In this document: one piece after another, positions 27,952-40,655 of the stretch
How positions within the stretch are numbered: position 1 is the first letter of the stretch
Layout: each line of letters begins with the position of its first letter
Source: Spizellomyces punctatus DAOM BR117
Taxonomy: Eukaryota
Assembly (NCBI GenBank): GCA_000182565.2
Contig: KQ257450.1
DNA: 64,000 nt
Direction: 5' to 3' (one strand)
Made by a program: the position numbers and the translations under genes
Notes under the pieces: generated by a model
The model's database searches: none
What the model saw: the letters and a program-made list of their open reading frames with translations, nothing else
Told to the model about the DNA's origin: nothing

Positions 27952-28258
27952 GAGATGACAATCGCCGAGGAAAAACGTCAGCAAACCATCGTCTTTACAA
28001 CCAGCCAAATACCCTTGAGCGATGCCATCCCATTCCAATGCATTCGATGTATCAAGCCCATAAAGTGGTGGCAAAGTGATTGTGCCTTGAGTGGCTAAGT
28101 GTACATTATTGACTCGGATCCGTGTGACAATGACTGAAACTGGCGAGATGTCGGGAAGACTCATCGGATAAAACCTACGGGGACTTCCGTGAAGGTTAAA
28201 AACGCAAAAGGATTCTGCCATTCCCCCCGCTCCCATCACCTTTCTCCGCCTACGCACC

Positions 28259-29539
28259 ATGTCCAAGCTCACTCCATTCGAGAACGCAACAGCCGGGGCG
28301 CTTGGCGCCTTGTCCGCAAACACCGCAGTCTTCCCGCTCGATGTGTAAGTCTCCTCAGTTTTTTTACTGTGATCGCATGAAATGGCCGTTGCAACAAGTA
28401 CAAATGTTTACCCCTTTCGGTTCCTAACCTCAAATCTTATGTTAGAATAAAAACTCGTCTTCAAGTGCAAACTCGCGAGCTAAAGAGCCTCAACCCTGAC
28501 CGTCACTATGATTCCACATTGGATGCATTTTTGAAGATTTTGAGCACTGAAGGAATTCAGGGACTGTATGCTGGACTCGGCGCCGGCTTGTTTGGAACCG
28601 TAGCAAGCTCCTTTTCCTACTTTTACTTTTACTCGTACGTTCGTGGAACATACCAGCGAAAAGTGCCGGGGGAGATTTCGACTGGAATGGAACTTATCCT
28701 GGGAGCCGTTGCGGGAGCTATGAGCCAAATTTGCACGTTGCCGGTTGCCGTCGTAACAACGAGGTGTGATTGCTGTGTGCTTGATTGGCAGTTTAAACTA
28801 TACCTGACGAGACAATTTGTGTGGCTTCCATTCTTAGGCAACAAACCTCATCAAAGGAGGAGCAGCTCCCTTTTCTTGCCACCATGCGGAAAATTATCGA
28901 GGAGGAAGGTCTCGGAGGACTGTGGCGAGGATTACAGGCGTCCTTGGTCCTTTGCGTAAACCCAGCCATTACCTACGGGATGTTTGAGAGGTTAAAGACA
29001 TTGTATCTTCGACGTGCGGGCAACGTCTCCGACCGCCTTTCACCTGGTCAAACATTCATCATTGGTGCTCTCTCGAAGGCGCTGGCGACGATTGTTACAT
29101 GTATGTGTCTGGAAGGCAGAGGCATTGATGGTGGCTACTTGACTAACCGAGGTTCCATGACATTTACAGACCCCTACATCATGGCCAAGGTGCGCATGCA
29201 ATGGAAGCCACCAAAGGACGTGGGCGGCTTGTCGGCGAAGGACAAGGAGAACATTACCTACAAAAGTTCGGTCGATATCTTACAAAAGGTGCTTGCTAGA
29301 GAAGGTTTGGCAGGATGGTACAAGGTGAGGGCTTACAGTTGCACGAATGTACTCTGTTTGAGAAAGGCAAATTCTGACGTTGATCTACTTGAACGCAGGG
29401 CCTGCAACCGCAAATTGTTAAGGCTGTCCTATGCCAGGCTATTCTGTTTGTCTGCAAGGATCAGTTTGGCACATTGACGTTATTCTTGCTTTCATTTTTG
29501 ACAAAAGCAAAGAATGGCAGCGTGAAGAGCCTAAATTAG
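28259..29539 (+). CDS. Mitochondrial carrier family protein, peroxisomal adenine-nucleotide transporter (Ant1/PMP34-like)
   Basis: MSKLTPFENATAGALGALSANTAVFPLDV|IKTRLQ; three carrier repeats; GLWRGLQASLVLCVNPAITYGMFERLK. Confidence 0.88.
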
Positions 29540-29638
29540 TTTTGATGTACCTGATAGTAATAAAGCATGCATATATTTGAAGTTGTAGGAGTAGTCGACA
29601 GTAAGATAGGGAATGGTGGTAACAAGGGACTCATGTAT

Positions 29639-30273
29639 TTAGCCTGCACTCGATACCGGGTCACCATACACAATTACTTTGTGAACCGATGTGAAGGGGG
29701 CGTGGCCTTTTGCAATGATGAGTCGTAGATGGCGAGCCAAAGTCTCCGGGTTGGACGAAAGTAGCGTCACCGTTTGGATCGATTGATCCGCATCCTCCAC
29801 ATCTATATTGCGCACATTGCGTGAGGCGACTGCATTCCTGGTGTCCAGACATATCCTCTTACCTTGTTCAGTAAATGGCTCAAATAGTTGTGGTTTCTCT
29901 GCAACGGACGATTCCACAGTCCAGCGTGCCACTAAAATGCGATAAAGATTCATGAGGGTCCCTGTTTTGAACTGTGTATGAACCCTGATCTTACCTTTCA
30001 TGCTCGTTATAATGATTTTTCGGACAGTAACCACTTGGGGTAGAGTGAGTATTAACTCATGAGGAAAGAGCCCTGTGGTTACCCAAAAGGTCTTGTTATT
30101 GCTGTTGGCAACATGAGCGTTGTTGAATGATCATTGAAAACTTCATCAGATCCACATCCATTACACACTAACCTGTCAATGGTATTCTCTGCCTTGTGAA
30201 CGAGGTGCCACGACGTGGCCATAGATATTTTGGCACCAGCTGATGCTAGTGCAAGGTTCTCCTGGGCAGGCAT
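29639..30273 (-). CDS. IFT25: Intraflagellar transport protein 25 (HSPB11)
   Basis: NLALASAGAKISMATS...ENTID; ARHLRLIIAKGHAPFTSVHKVIVYG; small multi-exon beta-sandwich protein. Confidence 0.8.
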
Positions 30274-30919
30274 GGCGTACTAGTAGGAATGTTGCAATTG
30301 GTAAATTGCCAACCGGTGAAAAGCGTTCGGACTCGACGCGTCCAGTGCGCTTACGCGAACGACGCGATGTTGAAAGTGTTCTCCTTCTGGACATCTCATG
30401 AAACTACATGATAAACGGTATGAACTACCGTCAACACCATAATGACTCTGACAGCAATGAAAATATAATGGGTTTGCACTAGCGAGATCAAGGACTAACA
30501 CTACGTTCAGCAATACTATCCTCCCCGTCCTGAGGATGAGATAGCCAATCCGCAAATTTCTTCAATGCATCCCAAACGTCGCAAATAGAGATAACGCACA
30601 CAGCATTTCTGTGCTAGTAACACATGGGTGGGCCGTCCTAAATGCTTTTAATTCCGCAGCGGATGCCATCCATAATAGCCGCTATGTCGATCGTCGGAGC
30701 AGATACAGGCGCAGGGCAGCCACTCTCGTTAACTGGATCAGCACCGTATGTGTTGTTGGCATAGTAACAAGTGACGGCACAGTCATGCATCGTAAAGGTC
30801 GACGGTGACGCGTCTTGAAAGCTCAAAGCGTCCTTTCTGCTTGTGGTGCGGATTGACCGTGTTGCAATCTGTAGTCTTTTGAAAACCGCCATCTTCTTGC
30901 TTCTGAGCGAATATAAGTA

Positions 30920-32108
30920 ATGTCGGGGTACGACCGTGCGCTTACAGTATTTTCTCCGGATGGACACTTGTTCCAAGTAGAATATGTATGTCTTCAATTG
31001 GGGTCGATGACATTCGGTGGGCTTCCTTACCTACCATTTCGTTTGTTTCGTATAGGCTCTTGAGGCTGTGAGGAAAGGAACATGTGCGGTAAGACGAGAA
31101 GGGGATTGAATGCAACATTCCCGGTGAACGACACCAGGGTCCCTCATGAAAAGGTCAGCTCTAAGATGCCATGTTTACGTTGCAGGTTGGTGTTAGGGGC
31201 AAGGATGTAGTTGTGCTGGGGGTGGAGAAAAAGTCAGTCGCGAAGCTGCAAGATCCGCGAACAGTGAGGAAGATTGCTATGCTCGACGACCACATCTGCA
31301 TGACGTTTGCAGGTAGACGCTCGGAATGCTTCAAAAAAATTGATATTGCATTTGCTCATCCTGCATTTGCTCAGGCCTCACCGCAGACGCTCGTGTACTG
31401 ATTAACAAGGCCCGTATTGAGTGTCAAAGCCATCGTCTCACGGTGGAAGATCCCGTTTCTGTCGAGTACATAACCCGTTACATTGCTGGTGTTCAACAGG
31501 TACCTTCCTACACAGTGAGCGAGGAGTATACACACGGTTTACCTAACCCCCATTCCATCAGAAATATACCCAGAGTGGAGGCGTCCGACCATTCGGTATC
31601 TCAACTCTCTTGATTGGATTTGACGCGGACAAAGTCCCAAAGCTCTATCAGACGGACCCATCTGGCATTTACTCGGAGTGGAAGGCTGCTTCGATTGGCA
31701 GAAGCTCAAAGACAGTGCGAGAGTTTTTAGAGAAGAACTACAAGGAGGAAATGAACAGGGAGGACACTATCAAATTGGCCATCAAGTCGCTATTGGAGGT
31801 TGTTCAGACTGGTGCCAAGAATATTGAGATTGCGGTGATGGGTGAGGATTGCATCCTTCGGGTACGTAGCCTCTGCATGACACTCTATTGGCTGTCATTG
31901 ATTAGATAAACTCTTTTGTTTTCGGTGTTTAGACACTAGAGGCAACAGAAGTCGAGGAGATTACATCCATTATTGAAAAAGAAAATGCAGCAGAGGTCAG
32001 TGATCCTGTTTTCGTTGCAAATCTTTCGTATTTGGTGATTAACTGCTTCAATAGGCTGAGAAGAAGAGCAAGCGGAAGGGTGATGCGGGTGCTGGCAGCA
32101 GTAGTTAA
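30920..32108 (+). CDS. PRE6: 20S proteasome subunit alpha 4 (PSMA7/Pre6)
   Basis: [73 protein letters not shown]. Confidence 0.95.
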
Positions 32109-32504
32109 ACGTTTAAGATGTATCATTGAATATGACCGGTCACAATTTTCGTTTGCCTTGATCCTGATTCCATCTTGTAGCACTGAACAGCATAACACGA
32201 ACCGCGAATAGACGAAGTATGTCCGGCGTTGATAATGCGCTATTGATAGATCTTGTCACTTGTAGAGATGGCAAAATCGTGACTCCCATTCATTATCGAT
32301 CTGGGAGAAGACAAGCAGAGGCCCACACCAAGCAAGAGTCACTTATGCGTATCGTGTGATATTGGTACTCTGAATAAATGTGTCAAATGCTTTCTCCCTC
32401 ACTCCCTCCTTCGCTAACCTAAAGTGTGAACTACGATAAATACGAATAAAATATAAGAAAAATGCAATTCTATCTCCTATCTAACTCATTGATGATCTCT
32501 AAGG

Positions 32505-35500
32505 CTACAGCGACATAGTAACAGTAAGGCCTTTTCCATGGACCATAAAGGTAGGCGGTAGATCTTTTGTCAAAAGATCGAGTTCTTCAAGGTAGCGCAT
32601 CGACTTCTCTCTGCTATTACCCGTCCTAAAGTGATACGCGTGAGTTTACCGCCCAAACTTTTTCTACCTGAACCATTCTATACATACCCAGCTTCAGGAG
32701 CAGGTAGTGTCATCAAAATGACCGCAGTACTTGCGTGCGATGAGTGGCGGAGGAGAAGTTGATTGAGAACAATGTGCTGTGTACGGGTTGGCAGACTATC
32801 GAAAACGGATGGAACTCCTGATCGGCGTGAAGGGCTATCGGCAATCGGTGACGAGTTGTCTGATTGTTTGTCGTCTGATTGCTCGTCTTCAACGGCTTCA
32901 CTGAACTCCCAGCCATGCACATATTGCGCTGAAAGTCTGGTGGACATTAACACGGAACGCCGTTTGGGCGTTTCTTGTGATGATTCGCCAGCGGCCGGAT
33001 CATTGACTTCCCTTACGCTGCGTGGAGACGACTGCATGTGCAGGCGGCGGCAAATGCGCTCATATTCCTAACAGAATCGAATGCAAGAAAGATAAGCCTG
33101 TATGAAAATGGAGATGCTCGACCTCAGAACCTCCTGCCCACCTGACTGTCGCTCTTTCCAAAGCGTGGTCGCAACCATACCATCTTAATCTCAGCCTTCA
33201 TGCCAAGATTTACGTTAGTGGGAAAATTGGCTGATAAGTATGAAAGGAAAAAAACACACTTTTATTCTCAACCCTTGAAGTAAGGACATTACACGATTTC
33301 GCTCGTCTTCAGCTTCTTCTTCGTTCTCCACAAATATCATCGTGCGCAAGATATAATTCTGTTTCCAATATGGCACCATGTATAAGATAGTTCCAAGTTG
33401 CAACACCAGCGTGTAAGAGTCGAATGTGTACGCAGATTTCGCAAGACCAGTCTGTGCCATTTGAATCGGCCAGAGATCTATATATCGTCGTTGCGGGGCG
33501 GCAACTTCAAGGTCATCTCCGGCATCAGAACCGGGACGGCTACCGAGTAAGGGAGATGTTTCGCCTTGGTTAGCTAGCATGGTACTAAAATCTGGTGGCC
33601 GTTGCGCAAGGCGGTTCGTAACGAAGAGGGACAATCTATGCCAAAATATGTGTGACCGGAGTACCAGATAAAAGAGATGTGCGCTTCACCCAACTTACCT
33701 TTTGTATTCCTCCGCCGCATATGCAGTAAACCTTCTTGCCGCATTCGTGGAAGCATTTTGAGATGGGCGATATTCTCCTGGCTCCTGCTCGAGCGCTTCG
33801 AAGCCACGTGCAATTCCAACCGCTTTGTTGAGGCCAAGAGCGTCTTCAATGATACCTACATACTCGCTTTCTGCAATACCGTCGTCCAGATCGATGGCAT
33901 TTGGTAAATCTGCTGCCAACGGATCCTGCTCCAGTTCTTCGACCTGATCTGCCGTGCTTTGACGAGGGTTGGGCCGTGTCCACATGCTTGCTATGCCCCC
34001 GGTATTGTCACGATCGGCCAAATCGTCATCATCAGATTCCAGGAAATTGGGAGAACGTCGTCTGTTGGGCTCCAGGAACCCTAACACCTAGTATTTGAAG
34101 GTATTAGCTTCCACTAGTTAACAGTCTAGGCCTGAACGTATGCTAACCACTATGTTAGGCTATAGTTAAGCGTCAAATCAGCGTGACACGACAAAGTTAG
34201 GAAATTGAAAGCTTTTGTGAATGCAAGCATGCATTATCACCTTCATGCCTCCAAGTCCACTCCCAAGAAGAAGGTTTTGAGCACCGACTCGTTCGCTGGG
34301 CGATATTGTGAGCTGCACAAAAGCCTTGACCTTCGCAATATCCACGTATCGGAGCCACGCAGGTAACTAGTGTGGGGTCAGTTTCCGCTAAAGGGCAAGT
34401 AGATTGCTAGTATGTTTTCCTACCTGACGCTTGTAATCTGGTAACCGGGTCGCAAAGTCCCCCTTTAGAATATGCCCAAGAACGAATAATCCCCCTTTTT
34501 TCAGGTCGTTAAGAAACTGAATGACATGCGAAGTAAGTATGCAACGAAAACATCATCCTTTGCTGAGTATTGTCCTACCTTGATCAGAAGAAAATCTTGA
34601 CGTGGATCTTGCACAAGGACCATGACCTGTATGGAATCTCCACATGAGTATGATCGGATCGGTACAAATTCAGTCAACGTGTAGAGATACACACTTGTGG
34701 TCGCCAGAACTGGTCAATGAGAGCCATCCATTGAGTCGAAGAACGTGTATGGCCGAAGGGAGAAACCGGTAACGCTCACCTTTACGTGCTCTTTGCGGAG
34801 GTCCAACCTTAACAAGTACTTGCGCGACTATTCAAATTCTCTGCGTAAGCATGCCTCCTTACAGCCAATGGTAGAATGGGTATACCTGGTGGTAAATTAA
34901 AGACTGCGTTACGTCTCCCCATGTTTTGGGCGGGGCATAGTAGTGGATCATAGCGAAGACGATCGCCGCAAGCAAGCATGAGTACAAAGCATGTAGGTCA
35001 TCCACGACGAACATTGCAATAAGGCATCCTGCGAAGCCCGCGAAAGCTGTCCGCCAGTTGAAGAGCTCAAATGTTGGCCGGAAATTGGGAGATCCTGATG
35101 CTCGAAGCAGCAAACATGCGAGGTTCAAAACACCAAACTAACAAATGACGATTTTGTCAACGTTTTACTGCGATAACCAATGCCAGGCAGTCAACTTACT
35201 GTCAGAAGAGAAAACATCGTTACGAAGGGGGCAATCTGTCATCCATCTACAGTTAGTGCAAATGAAGCAAGCAGGTCACATTCCCGATCAGGACAAACCT
35301 CATTAATATCGGTTACGAAAAGCAGGACAGTCTGCATGAAACCGAATGTCAACAAGATTCCGCGCAATGGCTCATTATTGGGAGGCTTTCCGTGCTGAAA
35401 GAACGACACAGCCGGTAGAAGGTCGTCTGAAGGTGGCTGATTTCAGTATTGAACCACTTTTCATCACGTTACATAAACATAAGAAGGACCTTTGCCAATA

Positions 35501-36937
35501 GCTTGAAGGATTTTGGCCGCTCCAATCATACTGCCAAGTGCCGAGAAGAAGGACGTCGCGGCAACACCGACAGCCACCAACGACGGGATAAGAGAGATCT
35601 ATCCGGAAAAGTAAGTTGGACAATGTGACGAAGGCAGGCAGGGAATTCCAAAGAGTCATACATCCTGAAGAACGCTGAGATCCTTGAGCAGCGTTGTTCT
35701 CTCGATTGATCCAGCCACCAGAACGGCGAGTGACAGGTAGGCTACATACGTGGAGCCCACTGCCCAGATAGTGCCTCTTGGTATTGCTCGTGAGGGAGAC
35801 TTTAGATCTCCACTCATTGATGCACCAGCAAGAACTCCTGTACAGGCTGGAAACACGATTGCGAAAACTGTTCGAAAGTTTTGCTGAACATCCATATCTA
35901 CACTGAATTTTGGCCATAAATTATCCATTAACGTCTCCCCATTGAATCCTTTGAAGACAATGTCCATGGCGGGTCTTTCAAAGGGCTCTCGGAAAGCCAA
36001 TGATGCCATAATAGATGCAGTTGAAACAAGAAGGATACAAGCCAAGAACACGGATGCACGCGCAACAACCTGCGAAAGTCTAGTGAGCACGGCGTTCTGG
36101 TGTGCCACCATCAATCAGAATGACGGCTTTTACCGAAGATCCCACGAGGCACAGTCCGAGACAGACCAGAGAGGCACAGGTTGCATAGAGAAGCTGCCAC
36201 CAGCGTCCTTCTGGAAGAAAGGTACCCATTGCCCCATTGCTTTCCCCAAAGGATGCTAGTAATGGCTCCACAAATCCGAGCAGATTCAAAGCTCCAGTCA
36301 GAACCGTTCCAAGAAAGAATACAATTCCAATTGATCCGCCAAATTCCGGTCCCAAGCATCGTGAAATCATGTAGTACGCTCCTTGGAGATCAGTCAAGTT
36401 AGACAATACCATAAAAATAAACAAATCATATCGGAGACGATGACTACATACCTCCACCGCGCACTTGGCCATTCGTACTTATTGCTGAGAGAGATAGTGT
36501 AGTCGTTCCCGTCATGAAATATCCAGTCGTGAAAAGAGCAATGGTCCCGACCAGTCCAGCTTGCCCCACGATCCATGGAAAACGAAGAAAAACAAGCACG
36601 CCCTATCAGGACGTCGCATTTAGAAACGCGCGATCAACAGTGCCCTCCAAAAAAAAAAGCGGAATTTGATCAAATCATAAGACCGTACCCATATAGATAA
36701 ACACACGGGCACGAATACGCCTTCCAGCGTTCCCAGCTTTTGGGTATCTGTGGGAACGCGGGAGGCCGAAAGAACTGAAGATCGGCGAGAAGGTTCGGAG
36801 GGAAGCGAAGATGAGGTAGAACCAGGCCCATTGCTTAGCGGATGCCCTACTCCAGGCTGCTGTCTTTGCAGCTCTTTGCTGAAGAGGTCAAGCTGCGTTC
36901 CAGCTCGGGATACGAATTTTGTTGACGTCGCAGACAT
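32505..36937 (-). CDS. Cation-chloride cotransporter (SLC12A9/Vhc1-like), multi-exon
   Basis: KLGTLEGVFVP; YYMISRCLGPEFGGSIG; FAIVFPACTGVLAGASMSGDLKSPSRAIPRGT; SPNFRPTF; WGDVTQSLIYHQ; C-terminus DLPPTFMVHGKGLTVTMSL*. Confidence 0.92.
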
Positions 36938-37595
36938 TTTTTTTGTGAAATTCGCTGCCGTTCAATTCACCCTTTGCCGTTAAATGATGTGCGCTGGAGC
37001 GTACCTACGAATAAACTGTATCTTACTATGAGGTCGCTAACTGAAAAACTCCTTGTTATGCTTGGAAAATGTGCTGTCGAAATGTGTGTTTTGGGCAGCT
37101 CGGCCCCGCAGGACGCGCTGTGGGAGTTTTTGTCCACGCGCTTGCCAGCAGAGCGTTGGGTGGCTTGACGAATACGGCCTCGAATTGGGGGGTAAAACGT
37201 TTCGCTTACTCATCTAAAACTCCGATCTGTTCATCATGTCGACTCGAGTTGGATTTATACAAAAAACTTTCGTAATATCTCATCGTTTTAACTGGACAGT
37301 CGTTTATGTCATTTGCTATCACCGGACGCTGACGGTAGAGTTGATCGATTTTCAACAGTCAGCGATCGGTCGAGCTTACCCAATGATGAAGACCCTCAAA
37401 ACGCGCGACAATGCCTTGCTGCGATGCTAGCGTTGAACACGACTCTCATCTGACGTGCAAAGAAATCGAAAGAGAAAAGAGTGGCTTCATCGACGTAATG
37501 CATCCAAAGCGACGCAGGATACAAATAAAGCGCGCTTGGCACCGCGACCTGCTCGCGTTCACAAGGAATATCCTTCTCGGTCATACATGTTCACC

Positions 37596-39139
37596 ATGTC
37601 CAGGCTTGGATTCCTCCCTTTGACAGTCTTTCTCTGGTATAGCTGGGTTCAAACTTTAGGGGCGTTTCCTTTGCAGATTCGTCAAAACAAGAGTGAATAC
37701 CCAGGTAGTGTCGATAACGGGACCTATGGTCCCGCTTTGCAAACAGAGTGAGTAGGGAGCTTGCCTGGTACAGTTGGAATATGCGGCTTCACAAGGCATG
37801 TACTGATTGGACTTTGGGTACCATGAATGTCACCTTCAGGTTTCTGTTTCATAAACAGGCATGTAGTTCTCCATCAGTCATGACTGGGGCGGAATTCTCT
37901 TCATCTGTACTAACGAGCATGGCATAATCATCACTAGATGCCAACGGGTGTCACGGTCTCGCAAAAAGGTCGGATATTCGTCAACTACCCGTACTGGAGC
38001 GATGATATTGTCTTCACCGTTGCAGAGTTGAAGGACGGTAAAGAGGTTCCTTTTCCAAATAGCGTCGTCAACTGGAAAGTTGGCCCCTCTTCTTGGAATC
38101 AGTCGAATCAGGCTGAATACTTTGTATCAGTCCAATCTGTCGTCATTGACCCGCACGATAACTTGTGGATATTGGACACTGGCAGACCTGTTGTGAACGG
38201 AACAATGCTAGACGCAACATACGGAGGTCCCAAACTGGTGTGTGTGGACCTCAAGAATGATACAATAATCAAAACGATAGTGTTTCCCATGGTGAGATAC
38301 TTGGTTTCATCTTATCAGCGCCCGCCTAGTATGCTAATCATCTGAACCTCTAGAATGACACCATCTTTCCGAAGAGCTATCTCAATGATGTTCGCTTTGA
38401 TCTTCGCATTCTAACTGAAGGAGTTGCATACATCACTGACTCTTCCGATGAAGGGTACACTGGAATCGTAGTTGTAGACCTTGACAGCGGAGAGTCATGG
38501 CGTCGTCTCCACATGCACAGCTCCACCCGTCCGACCCCGCGCTTCGTCCTTTCAGTCGCTGGGCTTCCAATCAGGCTCCAACCAGAGCCATCAGAGCCTC
38601 CTGGCTACATTACCACCGGGTCAGACGGCATTACACTGTCAGCAGACGGGCTTCGTCTGTTTTACTGCCCTCTTGCATCTAGGCGCCTGTTCAGCGTCGA
38701 TGCACGTATCATGGCCGCCCCAAACGCTAATGATAATGATACTATTCTCACGGTTACGGCACATGGCGAAAAGGGCGGCACTTCCGATGGCTTGGAATCC
38801 GATGATCAAGGCAACATTTACATATCAAACCAGGATCAAAATGCCATTTTCCGTGGACGTTATCAAAATAACACTTTGATCATTGAGCCTTTTGTCCGCG
38901 ATCCACGAATTCAGTGGGCAGATACGCTCAGTGTCGGATTCGACCATCGTCTTTATTTTACCAGCAATCAGCTCCATTTGCAAGCCAAATACTGGGGGGG
39001 ACGTGATTTGAGAAAACCCCCATACGCACTTTACAGCGTCCCTCTTGAACACAACGTCGGAAGGGTTAATTTGACATGTGTATCTACTGGCCTAGTTGAA
39101 TGCTCTGGTAGCATGCGCCAGAGACAATGTCGGTGCTAG
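37596..39139 (+). CDS. Secreted major royal jelly protein/yellow-family beta-propeller protein
   Basis: Signal-like N-terminus; MPTGVTVSQKGRIFVNYP; FVSVQSVVIDPHDNLWILDTG; GGPKLVCVDL; YLNDVRFDLR; SDGLESDDQG; DPRIQWADTLS. Confidence 0.9.
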
Positions 39140-39494
39140 GAATCTATGAATAGCTTGCTTTATTTCTTGTACATGAGGTTGCATTTAAAGAAAAAAAGTG
39201 TATCGTGTTAACAGCTTATACAAGGTTTCTTTTTCGAATTAATGCTGTGTTGAATCTCTTCAAATGCGAGAACGCGCAGATGGCACAGCCATGATGTTGG
39301 TCATCTCGCTGCCAAACGTAAACGAGGCTTTTTTCCTCTTACGAGAACTTGGGTGGAGCAAGCCAGCCTGAAATCAGGGCGACGGTTGCGTAGACGCCGG
39401 TCATCCACCATAGATCTCGCAAAGTGAGTACATTTGCATTTAAGCCTCTGCTGAGGTATCCTGACGTGTACCACATCTGACCTGCATTTGGGCA

Positions 39495-39500
39495 TATAAA
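39495..39500 (+). promoter_or_regulatory. Putative TATA box of the small heat-shock gene
   Basis: TATAAA about 110 nt upstream of the ATG at 39606. Confidence 0.35.
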
Positions 39501-39605
39501 TGGGAGCAAATGAGAGTTGCCGTACATGCACACACACACATTTGACTCTGCAAACAATTTCATTCATTTCCGCATCTGTTTCTATCTTTCCCAATAAGAC
39601 AACTC

Positions 39606-40410
39606 ATGACTTCTGCCTGGGACCCGTTCACGTTTGATCCGTTCTTCTCGTACGTATGGCCTTTTTACTCGTAGGTACGCAACACTACCATAAAGAAACC
39701 TCATCTTCTTACCTTTTCCCAGGGATATTACTCGTCCATTTGGCGGATTCGGCGACCGGTGGAGCGACCGAGGCGACCGCGACAGATGGAATACTCCACT
39801 TTTGACTGACCCTGGGAATCAACCTGGCGCTTTAGCCACTACCGGCGGCCGTGGTGGAGCATTGACTACCCCTTCCCGAGGCTGGGAGGCCTTCACCCGT
39901 GGTCCTCGCCTTGATGTAACAGAGACGGACAAGGAATATATCATCAAAGGTAAGAGCTTGCTTGATCAGGTACCCGTGCCACCGTCAGAACTAATATCTC
40001 TGTTGGTATCTTCAGCCGATCTCCCCGGTCTCAATAAGGTCTATAAGCAATATCCCTGAGCTGATGCAATGTCTTTTTGCCAACTTTTATTCAAATAGGA
40101 TGACGTCAAGATTCATCTGGATAACGATGTTCTCACCATTGAAGGCGAGCGTAAAGATGAGCGCGAGGAAAGAGATGGGGATCGCTTCCACATTGTGGAA
40201 CGCACATTTGGGCGATTCCGTCGTTCCATCCGCCTCCCGCCGGGTGAGATTTAGCTGTCTTCACACACAAGTCCACCTCTTGCTAACCTATTACTTATAG
40301 ATGCCCAAGTCGACAATGTGAACGCAAAGATGGAGAATGGTGTCCTTGAGCTTGATATTCCGAAAAATCCGGAAGTTCGTGAGCAGAGGAAGAAGGTTGA
40401 TATTCAATGA
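39606..40410 (+). CDS. Small heat shock protein (HSP20/alpha-crystallin domain)
   Basis: PRLDVTETDKEYIIK|ADLPGL; VLTIEGER; ERTFGRFRRSIRLP; AKMENGVLELDIPK. Confidence 0.92.
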
Positions 40411-40655
40411 CCGAGGGATGAGACGCTGGCATATCCCAAATCACATGAATTTTGCATTGGAAGATTGTATAGCTTTTATTGGAGTGTATGGCAATGCTGC
40501 CGTGTTGGTCTATACCGTCGCTGCTTCAAAATGAAAGATGTATAAAAACATGGCCAGAAAAAAGTTTTGGAGTCAGGCTTCCAGCCAGGATCGAACTCGA
40601 TGAATGTTTTAAAGGCATAGCGCGTGCACGGTCCAATTTGCAGTGTGAGGTGACC

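Noticed and set aside
27625-28323. 232-aa ORF suggesting an N-terminal extension of DNA-PKcs
   Set aside because: Its 5' part overlaps the first exon of the divergent carrier gene; Met at 27951 is the more plausible start
39200-39600. Heat-shock elements upstream of HSP20
   Set aside because: No clear array of three correctly spaced inverted nGAAn units found by eye
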